Assembly (NCBI GenBank): GCA_965205225.1
Contig: CBDBFZ010000001.1
Location: 24,906 to 88,905 of the forward strand
From: Litorimonas sp.
GTDB taxonomy: Bacteria; Pseudomonadota; Alphaproteobacteria; Caulobacterales; Maricaulaceae
Direction: 5' to 3'
DNA: 64,000 nt
This document shows, one piece after another, positions 29,544 to 38,903 of this stretch. Under the pieces are notes generated by a model that saw only the letters and a list, made by a program, of their open reading frames with translations, searched no databases and was not told where the DNA came from. A program made the translations under genes and the position numbers. Position 1 is the stretch's first letter, and the number at the start of each line of letters is the position of its first letter.

Positions 29544-30540
29544 TTGCAGATTGTTCCTGACGAGCCAGAGACAAAGCCTCTTGAAGATCCGGAGCTGAGG
29601 TTTCCGACCAGCCTGCATCTGCAAGCCGAGTCGTAATTCGGCTGAGAGACCGGGCTTGTTCCTGAAATTTTGGAGCGCTTTTTGCGACCTTTTTCGCTCT
29701 GTTGATATAATCTCTGGCCTCTGATGTGTTTCCAGTCAGGATCATGGCATAGGCAATGTCACGGAGAATCCCGGCGGCAAAATATCCATTCTCTTGAGAG
29801 ACCGCGACAATTTCGGCTTCTGGTGCAAGGTCCTCAACAATATCGGAGCGGCCTGCTTTTGCGGCGACCGCCATGATATCCGTCATCGCAATGCCTCTAT
29901 AGTAACTGAACCGAACATTGATGCGTCGCGCTAACTGAATGGCGTCATCATATTGTCCGGATTTCGCTGTCAGGGCCGCTATTTCTCGTATGGTGCGATC
30001 GCGACAGGTGTCCTCACTATCTGTTATGCCCGGTAGACTTTCTGCCATGCGGGCAGCCTCGGAAAGGTGGCCGTGAACGCCCCGGGCCGTCACGAGTTTT
30101 GCGTTAATGTCAGCTCTCTTATCATCACTGGAAATATTGATTGCCGTAAGGCGGTCAATCAGGTCCAGGCCTTTTGTCGAGCGGGTTAGCTTCGAGAAAC
30201 TCAGAGTAAGTTCTGACGCCGCTGTTTCGCGGCGTGTCTCATCGGTAATTTCCTCTGACTTGTCGATGGCCTCTGCGATCAACTCATGGACTTTGCGTGG
30301 CTGACCCATAGCGTCATAGGCAATGGCGAGTTCATTTGCACTCGTGGTCCAGTCGAAAGGGTCTGCAATAGCGACATGACTGTCACGGGCCCGTTCGAGT
30401 AGACATTCGGCGCGCACATCCATTCCGGCACAGACGATCTGCTTCGGTTTGATAGCTGAGGTTTCACAACCGGCCGTCACCGTGACCGCTAGAACGAAAA
30501 GCGAAGCTGCGGCGATGATCTTAATCGTCGGTTTAGCCAT
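29527..30540 (-). CDS. Hypothetical lipoprotein whose 3' end reads into IS1595-B
   Basis: MAKPTIKIIAAASLFVLAVTVTAGCETS... (lipobox TAGC) is followed by helical, repeat-like sequence. The last 5 sense codons and the TGA stop (29527-29543) lie inside the IS end. Confidence 0.5.
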   Translation of the reverse strand: MAKPTIKIIAAASLFVLAVTVTAGCETSAIKPKQIVCAGMDVRAECLLERARDSHVAIADPFDWTTSANELAIAYDAMGQPRKVHELIAEAIDKSEEITDETRRETAASELTLSFSKLTRSTKGLDLIDRLTAINISSDDKRADINAKLVTARGVHGHLSEAARMAESLPGITDSEDTCRDRTIREIAALTAKSGQYDDAIQLARRINVRFSYYRGIAMTDIMAVAAKAGRSDIVEDLAPEAEIVAVSQENGYFAAGILRDIAYAMILTGNTSEARDYINRAKKVAKSAPKFQEQARSLSRITTRLADAGWSETSAPDLQEALSLARQEQSARVLPS

Positions 30541-30548
30541 GTTTGATC

Positions 30549-32085
30549 CTAAAGTTTCTCGGCAACTTCAAAAGCAACTCGTTCGCCAGATTCCATGGCG
30601 CCTTCCATTCCTCTGGCGGCTAACGCGGTATGCTCACCCGCAAAATGCACATATCCGGCAGGCTTGGACATGGTCACGCCAAAACTGCTGAGTTGACCGG
30701 GTTTCCAAGCGGCATAGGCACCGCCGGCAAAGGGATCTAACTGCCAGGACCAGAACTTGACCATTTCCAGAGCTCCTTTCGTGCTGGGACGAATGCGGGC
30801 AAGGTAATCGAGCGCAAAACGATTTGCCTCAGACGCGCCCAGTAGATCAAAATGATTGGCGATACGGTCATTGGCAAACAGCATGAAGCTGATGATTTCT
30901 TCAGGTTTGTCCGGGTTATTACGAAGCGCGTTAAAGCGTGCGCTGGGTCCATCAGTCCACATTGATGACGACAGTCCATCTTCCTCCCAGAACTTGCGGG
31001 TTGGAACGTAAGAAATGTGAGTGACATTGGTGTAGCCAAGTGTGTGAATGCCGCGGTGCTGTGCATCCGACATATTGATATCCAGATCAATCAAGCGGAG
31101 TGCTGAGAAGGGGCTCGTGACGACAATTCGTTTAGCCTGAACGACTTGTCCATTTTCAATATGCGCTTCAGCCAGTCGCCGTGTCGCGGATGCCAACGAC
31201 TTTCGTGTTCAGATGAATATCCGTTTGGACCCCTCTAGCCATACCCTCAGGAATCCGCTGGTTTCCCCCGAACGCGGCAAAGGGTGAGCCCTCACGTTTG
31301 ATCTGTGAGCTTTGCTGACCGAATGCGATGATATTGTACATCATCAGTGCTGATAAGGCGTGAGGGCCGTGCTCATCACCATAACTCATATTGGTTCCGA
31401 TCGCGAGTTCGATGGCGCGTTGACTGAACCCGCGATCCTTGAAGAACTGATAGGCGGAGATGTCGTATTCGGCGAATTTTGGATCAACAAACTGCTCCGG
31501 GCTCGTGAGGGGGTTGGCCTGAGTGTAAAGTTCATATTGAATGATCCAGGGCAGTATTGCCTTGTGCTCATCAAGCATGGGATTGAGTGGGTGTGTAGCC
31601 CAATCCGAAAACTGAATGTGCTGACCACGAATATTCATCATCGCTATGTCGCGCTGTGGGACGGTGCGAGGACGTTCCGGTCCAAGTTCGACACCGTAAG
31701 TTTCCATGGCATTCAGAAGCCGCCCGTAACTGGCTCCGATGTCACTGCCGCCAGCTTCTGGAAAGCCGGGGACGTCGTCCATTGTATAGAGTCGCCCACC
31801 GATGCGATCTCTTCCTTCTAGCAAAATGACTGAATAACCCATCTCTTCGAGAAGCAGTGTCGTGTTTAATTCGGACAGCCCTGCGCCAATAACGACAACA
31901 TCCGCCGTGAGCGCAGAGTTCGGAAGTGTCGGGGCCATAGCCACTCTAACCCGAGGTGTCTGAGTCGGATTACTATCGGTGTTGGTGACTGACGCGTCGC
32001 TGCAGGCTGCAGCTAAACCGGCTGTTCCAAGGGCGGTCCCCACAACCATTCCTCTTCGTGTTAAACTTGAAGATTTTTTCGGCAT
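30549..32085 (-). pseudogene. Tat-exported FAD-dependent amine oxidase, split by a frameshift near 31170-31196
   Basis: The N-terminal part (31168..32085) reads MPKKSSSLTRRGMVVGTALGTAGLAAACS..., then VVVIGAGLSELNTTLLLEEMGYSVILLEGRDRIGGR (dinucleotide-binding fold; GxGxxG reads GAGLSE). The C-terminal part (30549..31196, a different frame) ends ...HFAGEHTALAARGMEGAMESGERVA. Confidence 0.72.
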
Positions 32086-32678
32086 ATGTCTCTCCAGAAT
32101 AATCTCATGCGCTCAAATCATCGTACATGTAGAGAATGTAATTGATGTCGTCGGGTCAGCCTTTGATGTGCATCTGGGCGGATTTCACACGGGATGTCTT
32201 GTCGCTGTTGAGCTAGCGCTCCTGGGCTCGAAAAAATTTCCAAGATCATTTTAATTGCTGTCCCGTTTTTTCGATCCCTATATTCAAGCGGATCTTGAGA
32301 GTAAGTATCTAGCTGTCGTCCAGCCAGATAAGGATCTCACATCGTTACAAACCGGCTTGGGATCGATCCGTAACGCGGCAGTGGGAGACAATTCCGTTGA
32401 CGCGGTGATTCGAGAGATGTTCGTTGACCATATTTCGCACGGCGGCGATCATCGTGACGCGTGCAGGTCTGTTTGAGGAAACGCTCAAGGCACACGCCCT
32501 TATTCCGGAGGCTGAATTGCGGGTGGATGAGTCTATTATCGTATCGGTTCAGGAACAGGCAGCGGCAAGCACGGCGAAACATATTCTGGTGGGTCTGATG
32601 CGTGTCGACCTGTTCCATCGCGTAGTCAGGTCTGGACAGAGCTGAACGGTGTATAGTCATATTATATGGGAGAAGATC

Positions 32679-34387
32679 GTGAAACAGTCAGCTAAATGTC
32701 TATTGGGTATTGCTGGGGTGTTCAGCGCTTTGGGCATACCTGCCATGACACAGGAAACTGGCCAACCATTGATAGATCGCGAACTCGACTATCTTATGAC
32801 GCTTTGGTCCGGTGATTTCGATAATCAGGAACAGGTTTCATTCGATACTATGGTAGCTGTTGATAGTTTGCAGAAACAATCGCCTTTTCATGCGCTTGTT
32901 CACGCTATCGACATGCCGTCCCTGGGCGATAACGTTCTTTACGTTGAGGAACGCCCCGGAGGCGATGTTGATAAGGTTAATTCACAACGTGTCTATGTTC
33001 TCTCCCCCAGTGAGTCCGAACAGGCCATTCGCGTAAAAACTTATGTGTCATGCCTAGTTGATTGGCTCCGCATAGGATCTAAGTCACTATATGCAATGAA
33101 AATCATTATTCAAAAGGGCCGCATCTGTCCGAACGCAAAATTCGGAAGGTCGTTCGCTGCTTCGCCGCTGATCTGACAGCCCTGCAAACAGCCCAACTGA
33201 CAGGGCTTAACCGCAACACCATCAATCGGATCTACCGCGCTCTTCGCGAACGCATCCATTGGGCCTGCGAGGCGGACAAACCCTTCTTCGGTGTGGGCGA
33301 GGTTGATGAAAGCTATTTCGGCGCAACCCGCGTCAAGGGCAAACGCGGGCGCGGGGCCTATGGCAAGACCACCCTGTTTGGCATCTACGAACGGGCCGGG
33401 CGGGTCTATACCGAGATCGTGCCAGACTGCTCCAGAACCACCCTACAGGGGATTATCCGGGGTAGGGTTGACCCGTCTTCCATCATCAACTCCGATGGCT
33501 GGCGCGGCTATAACGGACTGGTCGATATAGGCTATGGTCATTATCGGGTAGATCATTCCAGGGACGAGTTCGCCCAGGGCCCGACCCACATCAACGGCAT
33601 CGAAGGTTTCTGGGGGCTGGCCAAGATGCGTCTAGCGAAGTTTAAGGGCGTTCCAAAACACACCTTTCATCTACACCTGAAGGAAACGGAATGGAGATAT
33701 AATCACAGGCTTGAAGACAAGTACAAAACCCTGTTACGATACCTCAGAGAAAATCCAATCAACTAGGCATAACCCAAACTTATATGTTGGGCAATGCGTC
33801 TGATGTGCTCGTGGATGGTCGTGACCTTTCGAACCTGTCGAATATTACTGCGCCGCGATGGAGATGCTTTGGTGGGGTCGATGGAGCCTGGGCAATGCGC
33901 GGCCGAGGGTGCCGGTTATCGACACAGAACTCTTCGCATTTCGAAAGAGGGCTTAAATTTTACGGAATCAGTGAAAAGTTTGGACGGTGATATTCTGAGC
34001 GATGTCGCAGAGGGACGGTCGCGAAACATGAAACGGGTTCGCTGGTTCGCCTGCATGGTTGACGTGCCAAAGACCGATCCGAACCGCTCCAACCATACGC
34101 AGCATTATATTAAGATACATGACCAAGGAGGCGCATATCCCTTTATCCATCCTGACGGCCGGGATATGACTCTGATTATGCGCAACACCTGGTCATATGG
34201 GATGCAGCGTTATTCCTTCTTTATTGGCGTAATGGACGGTGATGCCCAAGGGCGCACGCTGGTCTATTACTGGGGAATGCCGGGGCAGGACCGGATCGGG
34301 GTCAATCCGGGATGGGTCCGTATTCAGTATGACCTCGACACGCCGGAGAATGTTCGGCTGCAACACGGATTGAGATCGGATTCCTGA
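32679..34387 (+). pseudogene. CpcT/CpeT-like (DUF1001-like) secreted protein gene, interrupted by IS1595-C and additionally frameshifted
   Basis: The GTG at 32679 gives VKQSAKCLLGIAGVFSALGIPAMTQE...LMTLWSGDFDNQEQVSFD...HALVHAIDMPSLGDNVLYVEE...AIRVKTY, then the IS. After the IS the frame resumes with MLGNASDVLVDGRDLSNLS. The conserved C-terminal half (...CRILLRRDGDALVGSMEPGQC...) lies in the +1 frame (33794..34387). Family assignment is from memory of the motif pattern. Confidence 0.5.
33045..33775 (+). mobile_element. IS1595-family element, copy C (full-length, 731 bp)
   Basis: 21-bp terminal inverted repeats GTGTCATGCCTAGTTGATTGG and, reverse-complemented, GGGTTATGCCTAGTTGATTGG. A perfect 8-bp target duplication AAACTTAT flanks it (33037-33044 and 33776-33783). 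One long frame reads ...HLSERKIRKVVRCFAADLTALQTAQLTGLNRNTINRIYRALRERI...GEVDESYFG...SDGWRGYNGLVDIGYGHYRVDHS...INGIEGFWGLAKMRLAKFKGVPKHTFHLHLKETEWRYNHR... (ISXO2-like DDE domain). The only ATG (33096) is out of frame by one base in an A-run. Confidence 0.88.
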
Positions 34388-34409
34388 TCTATACCGAACA
34401 GAGTCCCAC

Positions 34410-34943
34410 TTATTTTGAGGCTGTTTCTTGTCTCATATATTCGATGACAGCTTGTCGATCACTTACTCTATTAATGCCGATAAAAGCCATTGTCGTACCT
34501 TTGACGTAATCTGCTGGCTTAGCGATAAAAGCATCCAGAGTTTCGTCATTACAGATAATGCCGGACTCGGACAGAGATGCTGAGTAGCTGAAATCGTCTT
34601 GGGCAGCCGCGGGCGCACCGAACAGACCGTGCAAGTTCGGTCCGACTTTGTGGGGTCGCCCAACATCAGTTTCATGACAGGCCCGGCATTTGAACCAGAC
34701 AGTGCGTCCGCGTTTTAGCAGCGCAGCACTATCGAGTGAGTCTGCCTCAGAGGTTCCAACGGAAGCTGTCGTCACGTCAACGCTTTGCGGTTCGATGATT
34801 TCCTGAGGCTCGACCTGTTGGGATGAACGCGTTTCAATGACAGGGGATTCACTGGATGGTTCGGGATCCGAGCTACCGCACGCAGTCAAGGCTAAAGCTA
34901 AGGCTGTGCAGCCGGCGAAGTTAAGAAGCGATTGAGTAGTCAT
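34410..34943 (-). CDS. Class I c-type cytochrome, lipoprotein-anchored
   Basis: MTTQSLLNFAGCTALALALTACGSS... (lipobox), a Pro/Glu/Ser-rich linker, then ...GRTVWFKCRACHE... (CxxCH) and ...KGTTMAFIGI... (Met ligand region). The start is 21 codons inside the track ORF. Confidence 0.75.
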   Translation of the reverse strand: MTTQSLLNFAGCTALALALTACGSSDPEPSSESPVIETRSSQQVEPQEIIEPQSVDVTTASVGTSEADSLDSAALLKRGRTVWFKCRACHETDVGRPHKVGPNLHGLFGAPAAAQDDFSYSASLSESGIICNDETLDAFIAKPADYVKGTTMAFIGINRVSDRQAVIEYMRQETASK

Positions 34944-36073
34944 AGTCAGGCTCGAAGTAGGCACTAGCCGTGCGTCGATAATATCGCATGAATTCATAGC
35001 CGTCACGGTGACAATGGAAGCCTAAACTACCGAATTTTCCGTCGAGGTGGCGCGACGCAATGTCGTTGACAGTGAAGACTGTTGAACGGTTCGCGCCGTC
35101 TTCCTTTATGGAGAAATAGATAAGGGGTTGCCCTAGATAATTAGTTTAGGGTCTCCTATTTGATTGGCATTTTCCTGAGGTATCTTAGCAGGATTTTGTA
35201 TTTATCCTCAAACCTGTGATTATATCTCCATTCGGTTTCCTTGAGGTTGAGATGGAATGTGTGTTTTGGAACACCGTTAAATTTGCGCATATGGCGCTTC
35301 TCTGGGCTCCAGAAACTCTCAATCCCGTTGATGGGATTATGCTTGTCGGAAAAGAGCTTCGAATGATTGATCCGGAAATGCTTGAATTCACAGACATCCA
35401 ACACGTTATAGCCACGCCAGAAATCCGAATAGACAATGCTGTCAGGAATGACTTTATGCTCAATAATCGGCATCAATGTGGCAGATGGAGGCATTGGGAA
35501 TAATCTTCGTATACACCCGTCCACCGCGTTTAACACCCAAATACAGGGATTTTACCCGCTGAACCCCGCCCGCGCTTACCTTTGCGCCGTCCGCCAAAGT
35601 AACTTTCTTCGATCTCGCCACCAAACACATCACCCGCCTCGATCTCAAGCTTTAAAGCGATAATCTCTTGCAGGCGATGAAAATACAAAGCGCCCCTACT
35701 CTTATTCACCCCGACAAGTCGTGAAGGGCAGCGTGCCGTGCGGCCCGACACAAAGTGCTCAATCAAACGCGATTGCTTCCACCAACTTAAACGACTCTTC
35801 CTCATCATAACTCAATAACACAAAAATCATGTTATCTAGGACAACCCCATAGATAAATTCAGGCCGTTCGGCGTAGAACGAATATTTCTTCTCGCGCTTC
35901 AGATAGGTGAAGGATGTTCCGTCACTTTCTCGCGTAACATTGAATGAGACACCTTATGAGTGGATTGAAAGGTTATTGACCTCCTGAGTTTGCGCTCGAA
36001 ACTCATCGAAGGACAAGGTCATGTCATCGGGACGGAAAGTGACATCGCAAGTAAACCGATTGGCCTTGCGCAT
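34921..36073 (-). pseudogene. Hypothetical gene interrupted by IS1595-D and carrying an in-frame TAA
   Basis: After removing the IS and one target-duplication copy, a single 140-codon frame remains: MRKANRFTCDVTFRPDDMTLSFDEFRAQTQEVNNLSIHS-TAA(35954-56)-GVSFNVTRESDGTSFTYLKREKKYSFYAERPEFIYFSIKEDGANRSTVFTVNDIASRHLDGKFGSLGFHCHRDGYEFMRYY.... No recognised family. Confidence 0.35.
35124..35848 (-). mobile_element. IS1595-family element, copy D (second lineage, 725 bp, frameshifted transposase)
   Basis: Terminal inverted repeats GGGGTTGCCCTAGATAA and, reverse-complemented, GGGGTTGTCCTAGATAA. A perfect 8-bp target duplication ATAGATAA flanks it (35116-35123 and 35849-35856). ORF 35530..35808 reads MMRKSRLSWWKQSRLIEHFVSGRTARC...EIEESYFGGRRKGKRGRG.... 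ORF 35156..35536 reads ...SDFWRGYNVLDV..FKHFRINHS...INGIESFW...GVPKHTFHLNLKETEWRYNHRFED.... Confidence 0.88.
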
Positions 36074-36088
36074 TTCAAGAGGGGAGTG

Positions 36089-36455
36089 TGACCTGCCCCC
36101 ATGAGGTGGTCCACCCGCTAAGTTAGAGCTTAGCGGTTATGGTTGCCCTTCTAGGCTAACCGGAACGGAGTGTAGGGCAGCCCGGAAGGGCAAGGCAAGA
36201 TCGTTTTCGGGACCGGGACCGGTGGTTTGTATCCTAGCGAGCTGTGCGGCCGGATAGTGTTATAATGCTGTCGCCAGCGTTCGATCAATATCTGTGCCTC
36301 CTTCAGGCTGTAGAAGATCTCCCTGTTCAAGAGTTCATCTCTGAGCGTCCCATTGAAGCTTTCGTTATAGCCATTTTCCCAGGGTGACCCTGGCTCGATG
36401 TAGAGCGTCTGCACATCGATCCGGCCCAGCCAGTCTCGGATAGTCTGTGCTGATC
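36089..36455 (-). mobile_element. 3'-terminal fragment of an IS3-family element
   Basis: The C-terminal rve sequence reads ...[77 protein letters not shown].... The putative terminal repeat starts TGACCTGCCCCC at 36089. The fragment abuts the acs remnant at about 36455. Confidence 0.6.
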
Positions 36456-37202
36456 CCATCGGCCGCCTCATGCAGCCAGCGATCACGGCCGTCGACCATA
36501 TTCACAGGATTACCGGTACGGCGCACGACGAGCACTTTCTCGACCATGCCGCCTGCGAGATCACAGGTTTTGTCGACATTCTCTTTCAGCGGAACGATCC
36601 GTCCGCCGCGAACGCCTTCATCAGCCGTGATCATGAACTGGCTGTCGCAATCGGTAATCCGTCCGGCGAGCACTTCCGGACTGAAGCCGCCAAAGACGAT
36701 GGAGTGGACGGCCCCGATCCGGGCGCAGGCGAGCATCGCATAGGTGGCCTCCAGGATCATTGGCATATAGATCGTGACGCGGCCACCTTTCTGGACGCCC
36801 ATGTCTTTCAAGACATTGGCGAAGTGGCAGACGGCCGAATGGAGTTGTGTAAGTGATGGTCGCCGCATCTCCGGAATCATCACCTTCCCAGATCAGCGCG
36901 ACTTTGTCGCCGCGGGTTGCGAGGTGACGGTCAATGCAATTATAAGAAACGTTGAGTTCGCCATCGCTGTACCAGCGCACATGCATGTCAGACTTGTCCC
37001 AAGATACGTCTTTGACCTGTGTATAGAGCTTCGACCAATGCAGGCGCTTTCCTTGCTCGTCCCAGAACCCTTCCGGATCAGCAATCGAGGTGGTGTACAT
37101 TTCCCGGTACTTTTCCAGGGTCAGATTGGCCTTGGCTACGAAGTCGGACGGGGCTCTGTATATAGAGGCCTCATTTATTTCAGATAGGGTCGTAGCCATC
37201 AT
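36456..37202 (-). pseudogene. acs: Acetyl-CoA synthetase, N-terminal ~250 codons only, frameshifted
   Basis: MMATTLSEINEASIYRAPSDFVAKANLTLEKYREMYTTSIADPEGFWDEQGKRLHWSKLYTQVKDVSWDKSDMHVRWYSDGELNVSYNCIDRHL...[10 protein letters not shown] is followed by a frameshift near 36860. It continues ...[61 protein letters not shown]...GRDRWLHEA and then stops at the IS3 fragment. Confidence 0.78.
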
Positions 37203-37209
37203 TTCAACC

Positions 37210-38300
37210 TCTTTCTTGAAATTAAAGCATCCGACCTTTAGCCTGAAACATATCCGGCAGCATTGAAGTAGTTCCAGCACCCTTCTGGCGAGAAGAGGTC
37301 ACAGATTTCCGTGAGGGCGTGGAACATATCGGTAAAGGTTTGCGCACCTATCCTTCGCAGATGCGCTTTGAGTTTGGAGAACGCCATCTCAATCGGGTTC
37401 AAGTCCGGGCTGTAGGGGGGCAAGAAGAGAAACCAGTAACCTGCATCGCGCATGGTTTTGGCCGCGACAGCGTTTTGTGCGTGGCGAGGTTGTCCAGGAT
37501 GACGACGGTTCCCGGTGCCAGTTCAGGGACCAGCACCTGTGCGATGTAAGCCGCAAAGACACCTCGCCATCCATCGCGCCTTTGATGACCCAGGGCGCGA
37601 TCAGGGCATCTCAATCTCAGGGCATCTGACGTCAAACCGGCGATGAAGGTCTGTGTTCCCCATGGCCCGAAAGGGGCATCCATAAAGAGCCGCTCTCCTC
37701 GCTGCGACCAGCCACGCGCTGGCGGGTCAGGTTCGTTTTAACTGAAGTCTCATCAATGAAAACAACCCGACCCGGTTATGCCGAGACTGCTGGCAAGCGA
37801 TGAGCGAACCAGTCGTCGCGTTGTTTCCTTACCCGTGCGCGGCGTCGCTTGGTGGCGACCAACGTTTTTTGTATGTAAAACCGAGTTTGCGCAGGAACCG
37901 GCCAATCGCATCAGGGTGCACCTGAACGCCGGTCGCGTCTGCCAGCGCACCGGCCAGTTCAGGCATGGTCATGTCCCCGTCCTGTTCAATCAGTTCGACG
38001 AGAAAAGACCGGTGGGTATCAAGCTTGCCCTTGCCACGAGGGCGACCTTGCCGCGCGGCCCTGTGGCACGTCCGGTTCGTCGGATCGAAAGACCCCAACG
38101 CGCTCCGGCGGCCGGTGAAAGCTTCAGGCGCAACGCTGCCGCGCGCCCGCTTAACCCTTCTTCAATCAACTTCTGAAACCGCACACGAACTGCTTCTGGC
38201 GAAGGTGCTGACATGAACCATCCTCCCAAACACGATGAATCACAAATCAGCTCTCAAGGGGATCCAAACGATTCAGGTTTTGGGTCGGGCGTTTTAGATA
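37210..38300 (-). mobile_element. IS630-family element with a fragmented transposase (boundaries approximate)
   Basis: N-terminal HTH pieces read MSAPSPEAVRVRFQKLIEEGLSGRAAALRLKLSP... and ...MPELAGALADATGVQVHPDAIGRFLRKLGFTYKK. DDE pieces read ...VVFIDETSVKTNLT..., ...GTVVILDNLATHK... and ...LFLPPYSPDLNPIEMAFSKLKAHLRRIGA.... They are spread over at least 3 frames. Confidence 0.62.
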
Positions 38301-38436
38301 TAGGGCAATTTAGAACTCATAACTGTCAGCAGGGTATTGCTGGCAAATGGGCATCGGGAACACCATAAGATATGGCATTTCGATCCACGGTTGCGTTGAA
38401 GGATTCAAAGCTCACCCTGAAAGCGTATAGGAGATC

Positions 38437-38799
38437 TCAAGCGCGCCCATACTCGTCGTCGAAACGCTGAATATCACTCTCATCCAGCACTTCGCCCGTT
38501 TGGATCTCAATAAAGGTTAGCTTGTCTGCCCCCTTATTATGAATGCGATGCTTGGTCTTCGCCGGAATGAAGATCGTTTCGTCTTTCGCGACAGGGATAG
38601 CACTTTCTCCGAGTGTTACTTCGGCATTTCCGTGCAAAATTGTCCAATGTTCACTGCGATGCTCGTGGCTTTGAAGGGACAAGCGAGCGCCTGGCAGCAC
38701 GTCAATTTTCTTGACGATAAAGCCATTACCCACGGCCAACACCTCCCAGCGCCCCCATGGGCGCGTATCGCTTTCACCAACTGAATAAACAACGCTCAT
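38437..38799 (-). CDS. Cupin-domain protein (mannose-6-phosphate isomerase type II C-terminal-like)
   Basis: 120 aa. Contains ...RPWGRWEVL...VKKIDVLPGARLSLQSHEHRSEHWTILHGNAEV...IFIPAKTKHRIHN...TFIEIQTG.... Confidence 0.7.
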   Translation of the reverse strand: MSVVYSVGESDTRPWGRWEVLAVGNGFIVKKIDVLPGARLSLQSHEHRSEHWTILHGNAEVTLGESAIPVAKDETIFIPAKTKHRIHNKGADKLTFIEIQTGEVLDESDIQRFDDEYGRA

Positions 38800-38903
38800 T
38801 TTACTATTACCTCATTGTGTAAGGCTAGGTTCAAGACCTTATTGGTCGAAAACATAGTCCTGGAACTTCATCGATCATGGCTAATCACGACCTCTCCTCT
38901 CAC

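Noticed and set aside
32090-32660. Several 70-110-aa ORFs on both strands between the amine oxidase and the CpcT-like gene, possibly remnants of a GntR/FadR-type regulator
   Set aside because: I saw only a faint resemblance of one frame (…TIFRTAAIIVTRAGLFEETLKAHAL…) to an FCD-domain helix. There is no HTH and no continuous frame, so the evidence is too weak for a call.
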